64,000 nucleotides of DNA from Octopus sinensis (taxonomy: Eukaryota), in contig NC_043013.1 in the NCBI RefSeq assembly GCF_006345805.1, positions 39,556,001-39,620,000 on the forward strand, read 5' to 3'. How positions within the stretch are numbered: the stretch's first letter is position 1; each line of letters starts with the position of its first letter. Under the pieces are notes generated by a model. That model was not told where the DNA came from. It saw only the letters and a list, made by a program, of their open reading frames with translations, and did not search any database. This document shows, piece after piece, positions 50,211 to 64,000 of this stretch. Both the position numbers and the translations under genes were made by a program.

Positions 50211-50365
50211 CATACATACAGGTTTCTTTCAGTTTCCGTCTACCAAATCCACTCACAAAGCTCTGGTCGGCCCGAAGCTATAGTAGAAGACACTTGCCCA
50301 AGGTGCCACGCAGTGGGACTGAACCCGGAACCATGTGGTTCGTAAGCAGACTACTTACCAAAGAG
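49920..50365 (-). mobile_element. SINE family B
   Basis: Reverse-complement copy. Confidence 0.85.
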
Positions 50366-51176
50366 TCACTCCTACGCCTGTGTCTAGTGAATTTATAGCT
50401 TCAAACATTATCATATTGTAGGGCAGCGAGCCGGCAGAATCACTAGCACGCCGAGGAAAATGCTTAGCAGTATTCTGTCCATCTTTATGTCTTGAGTTCA
50501 AATTCAGCCGAGGTGGACTTTGCATTTTATTCTCTCGGCTTCGATGAAATAAGCACCAGTTAACCCTGGCGTCGATATAATCGACATGGTCCCTCCGCGG
50601 AAATTGTTGGCCTTCAGCCAAATTGTAAAATCAAATGTTATATTGCAGATAAATTCAGGTGTTACAAGTTCGAGAGCAAACGTCAAGGTCATCTTGAATG
50701 AGACAAAACGGTTTTTGTTGTTCCCACTGGTTTAATAATACATTATTATATTACTTCACTGTTTTTGTTGAATTCTTCTATACATTGTTCACACAGATGT
50801 GAATATTTTCATTCACTCAGACGGGTGTTCTCTATATTCTCTTATACACAGGCGTACAAATATCCCACGAAAAACAATACAAATATATATAAGAGGAACA
50901 TTTTTAAAGTATGCTGTTCACTGGTGTAAATTAATATTATTTGATAATATCAATTTCTACCCTCATTATTTAATTTTATATATATTCAGTATGATAGATT
51001 GCTAGCCACTACACATTCTCTGTTATCTCTCCTTGTTTCTTTCTGTGTTCCTTTCTGTGGAAGAGCGTAGGCTCGAGACGTTAAAAGCTTTTTCACCTCC
51101 CGAGCGCTATACTAATACCTGTTCGTTGTCTACACTTCTTGTCTTCGTCTCTTGTTTTTCTGTGAATTCTCCCCAT

Positions 51177-51267
<91 letters not shown>

Positions 51268-51274
51268 CTATCTA

Positions 51275-51346
<72 letters not shown>

Positions 51347-51464
51347 TACATGTATGTACATACACATAATACATACACACCCATATATATACCTATATAT
51401 ACACATATTTTATTTTTAATAACTTGTTTCAGTCATTTGACTGCCGCCATGCTAGAGCACCGCC

Positions 51465-51513
<49 letters not shown>

Positions 51514-54459
51514 TTATTTATTTATATACACATATACACGACGGGTTTCTTTCAGTTTCTGTCTAATCCACTCACAAGGCTTTGGTTGGTCACTCACAAG
51601 GCCCATTGTGTCACGCTGTGGGAGTGAACCCGGAACCGCGTGGTTGGGAAACAAGTTTCTTACTACATCTTCTTTTATTCTTTTACATGTTTCAGACATT
51701 TGACTGCGGCCATGCAGGAACAACAACTTTCGTAGAACAAATCGACCCCCAGGACTTATTCTTTGTAAGCCTTGTACGCATTCTATCGGTCATTTTTGCC
51801 GAACCGTGAAGTTACGGGGACGTAAACACACCAGCATCGGTTGTCATGCGATGGAGGGTGGACAAACACAGACACGCAGACAAATATATGAGAACGTTCT
51901 TCATGTTGCATGTCTCGTTTCTCTGTTTTTTCGTTGTTTGAAAAAATTTCGTTTTCTATGTTTTTGTTTTTTATGTTCTCATTTCTCATTCTGTCTACGT
52001 TTTATTGATGTCTTGTACCCACATAAGCGTGTGTATATATATATATATATGCAGGTATGTACACATATGTATGTATATATATGCATATATTTATATATTA
52101 TTTATATTATTATTTGATCGAACGCGACGCATATTTTTCCAAGTAAGTTTTATCTTAATAATTACGATGCGCACTCTTATTCTATCTCTTTTCTATCTAT
52201 CTATCTCCCTCTCTTGTTCTTCTTCCTTTCTGTTTTTCTTTCCCACCCTTCCCTATTCTTTTCCTCTCCCCTTCACTGTCCCCTCTCTCACTCTTCCTCT
52301 TTGACTCTGTCGTTGCTTACATGTGACCAACGGCCATCCATCTTTCTTTCTTCCAATTCCTTCCTAAAGACAAGACGTGCTTTTATTTGTCTCTTCTTAA
52401 GGCTCATTTTCCAGCGTTCACCACTTCACATTGTCTTGAATTAACAGCTCTTACCGTTTGATTTTAGTGTTTTGTTCTCTATATTTTCTATGTCTTTGAT
52501 TTTTATGTTCTCGTTTCTCATTTTGTCTACGTTTTCTTTTATATACATATATATGTAATAATATAAGATATAAATATATGCATATATACATACATATATG
52601 TACATACCTACATAGATATGTGTATATGTATGCATATATGGGTACAGGACATCAAAAAAAATGTGGACAGAATGAGAAGCGAGACATTCAACATAAAGAA
52701 CATTCCCTTCATCAGTTGTCTCCTGTTTTATCTACTCCGCGTACGAAGGTAAGAACAAGACGCGACTTCGTTAAAGCAGTCCTTCTCGCAAAGCAAATTA
52801 GATAAATTTTCGCGCAGAGTGAAAGTGGTAACAAAACAGGACAGTGACAAGAAAACAGTAAAAACAAAAGGTGTGAGCTGTTAAGCCAAGACGATGTGAA
52901 GTGGTGAACGCTGGAAAAACGAACTTTGAGAAGAGACAGACAAAAGCACGTCTTGTCTTACTCTTTTCTGTCTATATATCTCCCTCTCTTGTTCTTCTTC
53001 CTTTCTGTTTTTCTCTCCCACCCATTCCCTATTCTTGTCTTCTCCCCTTCACCGTTCCCCGCCCACTCTCTCTCTCTCCCTATTTCCCCTTGAATTTCTC
53101 GTTGACCACAAGTGAATAATCCATCTTTCTTCCACTTCCTTCCTAAAGACAAGACGTACTTTTATCTGTCTCTTCTCAAAGCTCGTTTTTCCAGCATTTA
53201 CCACTTTATATCGTCTTGGCTTAACGGCCCACACCGTTTGTTTTTACTGTTTTCTTCTCACTGTCCTGCTTTTGTTACCACTTTCACCCTCCGCAAAAAT
53301 TCCCAAATTTTATTTAATTTGCTTTGCGGGAAGGATTGTTTTAACGAAGTCGCGTCTTGTCCTTACCTTTGATATGCGGAGTAGATAAAACAGGAGACAA
53401 CTGATAAACGGAATGTTCTTTATGTTGCATGTCTCGTTTCTCATTCTGTCCACGTTTTTATGTCCTGTACCCATATATGTATGTATACATACATATATAT
53501 GTAGGTATGTACATATATGTATGTATATATACATATGTTTATATATATATATATTACGAACTTCTTTTAGTTTCCGTGTACCAAAACCTACACACACAGG
53601 CTTCGATCGGCCGAGGCTATAATGGAAGATACTTTTCCATGGTGTTACGCAGTAGGACTGCACCCAGAACCATGTGGTTGGGAAGCAAGCTTCTTACCTG
53701 ACAGCCAATCTTGATATATTTATCTTTTACTTGGTTTAGTCATTTGATTCCAGTCATATATATACATGTGGTTGAGGAGCAAACTTCTTACCACCTTACC
53801 ACATAGCCATGTGCGTGTGCATGTGTGGGTGTATTCGTGTACACACGCGCACACACACATATACTTATATAGGCACCTTTAGAACGCAGAGTATCGCGTT
53901 ATTTACCTCGAGTGGCCTCTAATATGCGCGCATGGTTACTAAAAGGACACATATTTATATTGTAGGCAGACGAGATTCGTCTGCTCTGGATGTCGGAACT
54001 CCCAGATCATGTGATTTCAGTGTACTCTTTCTCCTCAGTGATAGATGTCCGGTATCTAGCGAGAAAACGGGGTACGTCGAAATCACATGATCTGGTATTT
54101 CTAGCACCCGCACCAGACGAAATTCGTCTGCCAACGATATAACTATACTCCCTTTCATTCATATGCGTCCCCTCACGGTAAATAATGTGATATTAGGCAA
54201 TCTGACAAAACTTTCACGTTAAGTTAGTATAAAGATTGCCATTTTGTATTAATACTGCTTCTGCCTTGAATAATCAAGTGTGTTTGTGTGTGTGTGAGTG
54301 TGTGTGTGTGGGTGTGCGTGTGTGTATGTTTGTGTGTGTGTGTGTGTGTACCTACACACGCACACGCATACGCATACAGACGTGTATATGTATGCATACA
54401 GAGAGACAGACAAACAGGCAAATATAGAGACAGACCTGGCAGGCCCGGCAGACTAACAG

Positions 54460-54493
<34 letters not shown>

Positions 54494-54497
54494 GCAT

Positions 54498-54552
<55 letters not shown>

Positions 54553-54570
54553 GGATGGAATGGATGGATG

Positions 54571-54623
<53 letters not shown>

Positions 54624-54652
54624 TAGATAGATATACAGACAGACAGACAGAC

Positions 54653-54687
<35 letters not shown>

Positions 54688-54732
54688 CAAACAGACAGAC
54701 AGACAGACAGAAAGACAGACAGACAGACAGAC

Positions 54733-54824
<92 letters not shown>

Positions 54825-55045
54825 CATTAACGAAAAGCAAGACGACTCCAAATGTTTTGGAGAATTTATGTCTGTTTTAATAAATTTAATCATAATCGCA
54901 TAAATTAAAGTTGTACAGATTTGCCAAAATCACGATTTGAATGAAACATTCGAACAACCTATATGACCATCAGGGTTTTGCTTCTTTTTGGTATAACTTT
55001 ATGTAATCGTGCTCCAAGTTACACTTCCATAACATATGATATACA

Positions 55046-55083
<38 letters not shown>

Positions 55084-55262
55084 CATTCGATCTGTGTAGG
55101 GATAATGCAATCAAATGATCACCCCAAGAATTGTTGCGGTTCAGTATCCAATTGCGCTTGGAACACCTGTTGAACAGGATGCTAATAACGACAATGTTGA
55201 AACGTACCTTGGGACCAAATGATATATACTGCATTTTGTATTTATCATACCTCTTCTTAAAT

Positions 55263-55305
<43 letters not shown>

Positions 55306-55536
55306 CAAAGGAGGTGTGTATTCCCACGCAGGAAAAAAAAAAGGCAAATTTGTTGTTGAAAATGCACCTAAATTTGAAAATCTTGTAACCGTTTGAAATA
55401 AATTTATTTACATAAATACCAAACTAGTTTCAACAATATTTTTTGTTGAAACTGGTTTCGTATATATGTAAATAATTTTAGTTTAAACGGTTACAAGTTT
55501 TTCCAATTTAGGTGCATTTTCAACAACAAAATTGCC

Positions 55537-55616
<80 letters not shown>

Positions 55617-55628
55617 GTATGTATATGT

Positions 55629-55707
<79 letters not shown>

Positions 55708-56084
55708 ATATATATATGCATGCATGCACTTATATGCGTGTATGTATTAAAAATATACATATGACATCAACATTTGAGTATTCTTACATCAATTTTCATG
55801 GGTTTATTGAGAAAATAAATACATTATTAACAGAGTAATAGCATCTAAGGAGTTGTAATTTTGTTTTTTTTTGTTTGTTTGTGTTTTTTTTTATATATAC
55901 GACACACACTGATTTTGCTTTCAATAGAATCCAATAAAGGCGGTAGTTTACTGCGCATTTCGACGTGAATGCCATCTCACTAGCATAGGCTGAGCTTAAT
56001 GTTTGTTAGCAATTGCTGTCACTTGTGCTTGGGTTACTGTATAACTATAGCTCATCTCCATGTCTGACCTGATTGGGAAGACTC

Positions 56085-56238
<154 letters not shown>

Positions 56239-56329
56239 CATGTATATATATATATATTATATATATATATATGTATATATATGTATATATATATATGTGT
56301 GTATATATATATATATATACATATGTATA

Positions 56330-56372
<43 letters not shown>

Positions 56373-56556
56373 CATACACACATGTATGACAAATGGCTCA
56401 CATACATATAACACATATGAGTACGTGTGTATGAGTGCATATATACATATAGAATCATGTATATATTTATACATATAGACCTGTATTATATATATATGTG
56501 TGTGTGTTTTTTTGTGTGTGTGTGTATGTATATATATATGCGTGTGTGTATATAGG

Positions 56557-56630
<74 letters not shown>

Positions 56631-57569
56631 CAAATATACATTTGTACGTAATCTGATACAAGGCATTTCATGCGTGACCATTTGGCTTGTTCTTGGTATT
56701 TTATTTTATTCCTTTTTTTTCCGCCCCAAATTTAGCCTATAGCCTGCAAGCAACTGTTGTCAAATTCATCTGTATTTAAGTACGCTAACATTTTATTATC
56801 CAATTTTTTGTTTTTCAGCGTAATATTTTGTTGTGACACACACACACACACACACACATACATACATATGTGTGTGTGTGTGTCTATGTGTGTGTATAGA
56901 TAGATATATATCCACATGTAAATATGTGTAGTTAGAATATCTCAACAAGAGATAGAGCAGTAACGTATACTAAACTTTAAAGCGAGTCGCCACATCGAAG
57001 TGGCAGTTGAATGTTACTACTAGTTTAACTCCAGTCAGATTCTCCACCAGCTGGTTATCGGTGAGGTGCTCTGCACCCTTTATTTACAATATATAGCTAG
57101 CAGGGGGAACGAACTCCTAACATCCTCCAGCAGCTAAGAGTTTCGCAGGACTGTTAGCAACTGGACATTAGTTGGGGTTCGCTCCCCCTGTTTGCGATAT
57201 ATTGAATATATATACCGAGCTGAGCATTGCACTGGATAACCAGCTGGCGGAGTATTTGTCTGGGGTTAAACTAATAGTAGCATTCAACTACCAATTTGAT
57301 GTTTGTAACTCGCTGACGCTGTTAGATGTGTGTGTGCGTGTGTATTCATATGTATATTTTATGTAGGTAAGTTTCCAAAATCCATGGTGAGCGTATGTAT
57401 ATATATATATATATATATATATACGCTCACCTTGGATTTTGGAAACTTACCTACATAGAATTGCGTAACATTGCCAGTATAGAGTAGGTAAATGCCTTCA
57501 CATCTAATCACGAATGGATGCGGCTTTCGAATCAATTTTCAGTTAAATTATAGTGTATGTATATATATA

Positions 57570-57626
<57 letters not shown>

Positions 57627-57754
57627 CTGTGTGTGTGTGTGTGTTTGTGTGAGTACTTATATATATAGTTATTATATGATATAATCTATCAGTCTATGCA
57701 TGTATGTATGTATGTATGTATGTATGTATGTATGTATGTATGTATGTATGTATG

Positions 57755-57809
<55 letters not shown>

Positions 57810-57810
57810 A

Positions 57811-57875
<65 letters not shown>

Positions 57876-58569
57876 TATAAGTACCTGAAAGTCGGAACAA
57901 TATTTTTTTTACAAGATGTACTTTGTAATTTATATGAATATTATAAGCGGTGTAGTTATGAGTGCGGCCTACAGCATGTGTAGATGAGTGTCTACATATG
58001 CTTGCATTTCTGCATGTATGCATGAATACATACAAATACGCATGTATATTTGTACGTATATATGTATATATAATGTATGTGTATATGTACGTAAATTGTT
58101 TCACGGCAATCTCGTGTTTTGGATATATATGACCATCTAATCAAAATATTGTTGTCCAAGTTACACATAGCCTATCCAGGATACGTTATTTAATGAATTA
58201 TTTTCATTAGTATTTCCTTTCCAAAGTAATAAGTTATAATTTCATGATAACATTTTATATCTCACAAACATGTTAGTGTATATATTTTAAAATCCACCAT
58301 ATTTTTTTCATATACATAAGTTAACTTTGTTTACTTTTTACCAAATCTACTCTTTCATCATATCACGGTAGATAGATTAAGATACCAGTCATATACTGGG
58401 ATCAATTTAGTCAACTGTTCTCTCTCCCCAAATTTGTGACCTCGCAGCATCGTAAGAATACATTATACATTATTAGAAATACTTTCGCATTTTACGTATG
58501 AATATATATATGTGTGTATGTATATGTGTTAGTGTGTGTGCGTGTATAATTATATATGTTTTTATATGA

Positions 58570-58633
<64 letters not shown>

Positions 58634-58734
58634 GTGTGTGTGGTGTGTGTGTGTATGTGTGTGTGTGTGTAAGGAAAATAGGAATAGGTAGAAAATACTA
58701 CAATAATTTTATCATGAAGAACATTTTAGTACCG

Positions 58735-58893
58735 TACAGTTCTATATTTGAGATGAGGAATTATGTACATTATTTACATCATTTACATTCGACGGATATT
58801 TGTCCTCATCTTGTTTGTTGCATATGGCGTAGTTGTTAAGAGCGCGGGCTACTAACCCCAAGATTCCGTATTCGATTCCAAGCAGTGAGCTGG

Positions 58894-58960
<67 letters not shown>

Positions 58961-59130
58961 TTACATCGAAAAATATCTTAAGAATGAGAACCCAGGTTCG
59001 AAATTTCCCGAAGACACCTGAAGAAGGCAGGAGGGTATATCAGCTGAAGGGTATATCAGCTGAAACGCTATGTTAACAACAAACAAGATGGGGACAAATA
59101 TCCGTCAAATGTAAATAATGTAAATGAAAG
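58735..59130 (+). mobile_element. Second copy of the tRNA-head and hammerhead element (hammerhead degenerate)
   Basis: Same head, (AAT)n and tail, plus an inverted left arm; 10-bp direct repeat TTTAGTACCG at 58725-58734 and 59131-59140. Confidence 0.7.
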
Positions 59131-60211
59131 TTTAGTACCGGTTTCAGAATTGGTGACTTTTCAACTAAGAGGAAAGCATGAAAACAATTAAATTGTGGAA
59201 AAAGTAAATGAAATGTTGTTTCCAAAATATTTCCGTAGTTTTCAAATACATGGGACATTTTCCTTTTTTTCTCCCTCTCTCTTTTTTACCTTTTGAAGGC
59301 TCGGTAGGTAGTAGCAGATCTGAAGAATGTGTCGAGAGCAATACATAGGCCAAACCAAAAGCAGTCAACGCCAAAGGATGATACTACATAGATGCCAGAT
59401 CAAAATTCAGGAAAAAAGAAAATAGCATTCAGCAAATACATCGCCATTTGCGCCACTAGCGAACAACCCAACTTCAGAATTTAGCCCCTCTATAAATTCA
59501 GAGACGACGCAACCTATAATCTGTGCATTAGTAAAGCGTCACATTTTATCGGAAAATATAAATTCCTTTTGAATGACTCCAAATGACACTACTATAAAGG
59601 CCTTAGAATAATACCTACGCAAATATTACAAACGATATATTCAGAACAGAACAATTCCTTCTACTACTGCTATAACCACAAAAGGTCACTTTTAAGTCAC
59701 TTGACCATTAAAAAACACTTCACCAACAACCTACTACTGTCATACCACCCCTGTATTTTTTATTCTCTCTCTTCTTTTCCTACTCCTTCCTCTTCTTCTT
59801 CGTCGTCTTTTTCGCCGTCTCCTTCTTCAGCTACTACTGCTTAAACATTCAAAACCAAGAATCCACATCTCTCATATTAAATATTCCTTCAGATTTGCTA
59901 CAACCTACCTAGCGGTCCGTCATAAAAATAAAAGAGATAGCGACAGAAAAAAGGAAAATGTCCCATGCATTTGAAAACTATGGAAATACTAAAAAAAAAC
60001 ATTTCATTTAAATTTTCTTCAATTCAATTGTTTTCATGCTTTACTCAAAGTTGAAAAAGTCATAAAGACAAACCGGTACTAAAATGTTTTTCATGATAAA
60101 ATAATTTTAGCATTTTCTACCTTGTCCTATTTTCCTTATACATATCAAATCGGGTGTTACTTTACAACCTTCTACACACACATATATAGATATATATATA
60201 TATATATCTAT

Positions 60212-60319
<108 letters not shown>

Positions 60320-60633
60320 TACGTTCGGTTTTCTGTTACTTATGGCACAATAACATACATACGAGTGCTGAAGAGAAATTTTCACGAAAGTGTGCACAAT
60401 CTCTTAAAATAATTAATTTGTGAGAGGTAAACAGAGAGGTTACATATCAGAACTAACAGAGTAAGGTTCGGATTGTAAGCACTGTTCATGTCAGAAAAAT
60501 AATCGTATGATACATATGTGTGTATATACATATACATATATATCTGGTTATAAATATACGTGTGCGTGTGTGAATGTGTGTATGTATGTGCGTATATTAT
60601 ATTTATATATATATGCGTGCATTTATTTATTGG

Positions 60634-60665
<32 letters not shown>

Positions 60666-60707
60666 GATATATATATATATAATATATATTATATATATAT
60701 ATAATAT

Positions 60708-60749
<42 letters not shown>

Positions 60750-61491
60750 CTTAGTGGTGACTGTCAGAAAAACGTATACTGTATGTCATAGCTGAGATTG
60801 ATATTACCTAATTTTGATCGAATCAATTTCTTGCCATTCTGAGTAAGAACCTAGTGAAAAAGCTCATGTACCCACATCGAAACTCAGACCGGTAAAAGAC
60901 TGAGTAGACCACAACAATATATGTATATATATATATATGTATATGTATATGTATGTGTGTGCGTGCGTGTATTTACATACATACATACACACACATATAA
61001 TTATATATATATATATATATATATATCGTTATATATATAGGTGCGTGTGTATGTGTGTTTGTGTGCATATGAATCGTTAAGCATTTGTTCGTATGTTTGT
61101 ATAATACTGTGTATATTGTGCGTTTGCTATAACGTAGCTGTAACGCCGTTGCTAAGATCGTTATATTAGATGTCTGTAGTTTTATCTATTACCTCATCAT
61201 CATCATCACCGCTATCGCTTCATCTCACTAATACTAGAAGTTTCATGTTGTTGTTACGATTATCACTATAATTGTTTTTGCTGTTGTTTTCATTATTGAT
61301 GTTGTTGTTATTATCATATTTTTAAAATTTTAGTTCGTTATTATGATCATCATCGTAAATGTATGCATGTGTGCACGCATATATGTAAATCATATATATA
61401 TCTATCTAAAATATGTTTATGATGAATATATATATGTACATATAAGCGTAAATATAATGCATATATGTATATATATACATATATATATGTA

Positions 61492-61543
<52 letters not shown>

Positions 61544-61689
61544 CACACATACCTACATTTATATGTGTGTATATGTATATAAATATAATCATATATACAC
61601 ATTTATACATATATATGCATATATATATATATGTAAATGCATATATATATATATGTATGTATATCTATGTATTTATGTATATGTATGTA

Positions 61690-61720
<31 letters not shown>

Positions 61721-62269
61721 GCATATATATACATATATATTTATATATATTCATATATATGGATATATATATATTTATATATGTAAACATATAAATATGA
61801 ATATTTATATTTGTGTGCGTATGTATGTATGTATGTATGTATTATGTATATATGCACATACATTAAACTCTATTACAGTAATTCGTATCATTGAAGGAGA
61901 GGTTGATTCTTAGGTGAGGGAGTGCCAGTAACTGATTTGATCCCGTTGACTGCTCAACATTTCATTCCAGTGTTCCAGCTCCCGACCACGAGCGAACATG
62001 AAAGATCCAAGGACCACTCGGCCGATCATTTTGTCTGCAAAGACAAACAGAAAAAAAATTGTGAATATTTTAAATGCATAGTGATTCGACAGAAGAGCCC
62101 GATTAAATAAGTACCAAATTTTAAACGTAGTAAGTACTGGAGCCGATTCATTCGACTAAAAAGTTCTTCAAGACTGTGCCCCAGCATGGCCACTGTGTAA
62201 TTACTAAAAACAAGTAAATGATAAAGCATATAATATAAGGTTTCTGATTTAATTATCAGGCCAGGAATT

Positions 62270-62844
62270 TTTTGATGGAAAGACATTATCGACCCCAGTA
62301 TTAGTCTGGTACTTTGTTTAATGAACTTCGAAAAGATAACAAAAAAAAATGTATTTACCTCGGCGGGAATTGAACTTAGAATGTAAATCATTGGACCAAA
62401 CTCTTATGTAATAATTGTTTCAATTTTGGCACAATACCAGTGATTTCGTTAGAGGAACAAGTCGATTATATTTACTTCAATGCTCAACTGCAATTTATTT
62501 CATTGATTCTGATAGGACGAAAGGCAACTCAGTCCCGGCGGCATTTGAATTCGGAATGTAAATCGGAAGAAATGCTGCGGAGCATTTTGTCCGGCACGAT
62601 AAGGATTCTGCCTGCTTGCCGCATTAATAATAATGGTTTCAAATTTTGGCTCAAGGCCAGCAAGTTCGGAAGAAGGTGTAAGTCGATTACATCAGTCTCA
62701 GTATTCAACTGGTACTTAATTTATCGACCTATAAAGGACGTAAGGCGGGTCGACCCCGCGGAATTTGAAGACAGAATGCAAAATGGTGGAAATGCCGCTA
62801 AGCATTTTCCTCCGGTGTACTAATGATTCTGCTAGCTCGGCACC

Positions 62845-62845
<1 letters not shown>
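62270..62845 (-). mobile_element. Cluster of SINE family A copies
   Basis: Reverse-complement copies ending at (aat)n. Confidence 0.8.
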
Positions 62846-62899
<54 letters not shown>

Positions 62900-62903
<4 letters not shown>

Positions 62904-63395
62904 GCCAATAAACCAGATATTGTTGTGAAAGACCAAAACAATAAAGTTTGCTTATTGATCGACATGAGCATCCCCTGTGATCATAATATCTCGGCGAAAG
63001 AGTTTGACAAGCTTAGAAAATATAAAGACCTGCTCATTGAAATTGAGAAAATGTGACATCTCAAGGCGGTTACAATACCAGTTATCGTAGGAGCACTAGG
63101 AATGATCAAGAAGGGAACCGAAAATTATATGAGAATGATCCCTGGCTTACCATTCCTGCAAAAAGTGCAAAAGATTGTCTTAACTGGTACATCACACGTA
63201 TTGAGAAGAGCATTGTCGATGTGAGAACTGTTGCTACTCATGTATTTTAGTTTAACTTTAAAAAAAATGAACGAACAAGTGAGTTTAGTTTAATGACCTA
63301 CCAATGTATACTATGAGTTTCTTTGCCCTAGGAGTCGAGAAGACACTCGGCAAGAAATGGAAGCAAATTTGAAAGAAGGGAAAAAAAATAAATAA
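62900..63395 (+). mobile_element. Short 3' copy of the 35-38 kb Dong/R4 family, inside (AAT)n
   Basis: KPDIVVKDQNNKVCLLIDMSIPCDHNISAKEFDK...; 3' UTR matches 35140-35210 (ccctagg..acactcggc.agaaa.ggaag). Confidence 0.88.
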
Positions 63396-63410
63396 TAATA
63401 ATAATAATAA

Positions 63411-63459
<49 letters not shown>

Positions 63460-63524
63460 TAATAATAATAATAATAAGAAGAAGAAGAAGAGAAGAAGAA
63501 GAAGAAGAGAAGAAGAAGAAGAAT

Positions 63525-64000
63525 ATTATGTACATTGTCTTATCTTGGTATAAAAGATGGGCGACAGCAAATATTCTGCTCAATACCACAGATTTGCTTG
63601 TCAGTTGTTTGACCTTAACCAGTTGACCATGTCCCTTAGTGGCTGGCGATATGTGCATCTCTGATCACGTGCAGAAGTAATGGGGGAGCATCATAGCTGT
63701 GTGTTGAAAGGTATTCATTGAGGTTTGGATAATTCACCTCTGGAAACATGGATGTTTTGTTCAACATTCTTAAACAATCCTTATTCAGGGACCTTTTGAG
63801 CGAGATGGGTTACTCGACCAGAAGAAAATTCTAACTGGGCCCCATCTGCAAGGTCATGTGCTGTTTATCTTGATATGAGATCACCATGTCGCGCACATAT
63901 GGCTGAGATGCATGTGCCTAGTGAACCATTATCAGACGGGTAGTCATGATGGGTATACTGGGTTTCATATATTTTACCCCAGTGTCACTTTGATGGCATG
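63525..64000 (+). mobile_element. Family C copy, runs off the window end
   Basis: 5'-truncated, follows (aat)n(gaa)n. Confidence 0.85.

Overview
AT-rich, microsatellite-dense animal genomic DNA. The repeat families resemble those of coleoid cephalopods (Octopus-like); this taxon call is an inference from recall, not a database search. Most ORFs in the supplied track are artefacts of (TA)n, (TATG)n, (TATC)n and (AAT)n repeats. Real content: (1) A + strand multi-exon gene entering from upstream of the window. Three ordinary exons (654-5610) encode an IPT/TIG-like, DBB-type (Dof/BCAP/BANK) domain. They are followed by eight consecutive 13-32 nt microexons over ~19 kb whose phases alternate strictly 0-to-1 and 1-to-0, then further small exons. 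The 3' end beyond ~30.9 kb is unresolved. (2) Minimal type I hammerhead-ribozyme motifs from about five sequence families. They occur in Penelope-type contexts, in a ~480-bp tandem-plus-inverted retrozyme-like unit, and in a tRNA-headed SINE-like element with inverted arms and variable-length target-site duplications. Many sit as inverted pairs in introns of the gene. (3) Many transposon relics: R4/Dong-type LINEs in (TAA)n tracts, RTE, CR1/Jockey-like and Penelope fragments, mariner, maT, Helitron, Helentron and piggyBac-like elements, and several SINE families. No rRNA, true tRNA gene or CRISPR array was found.
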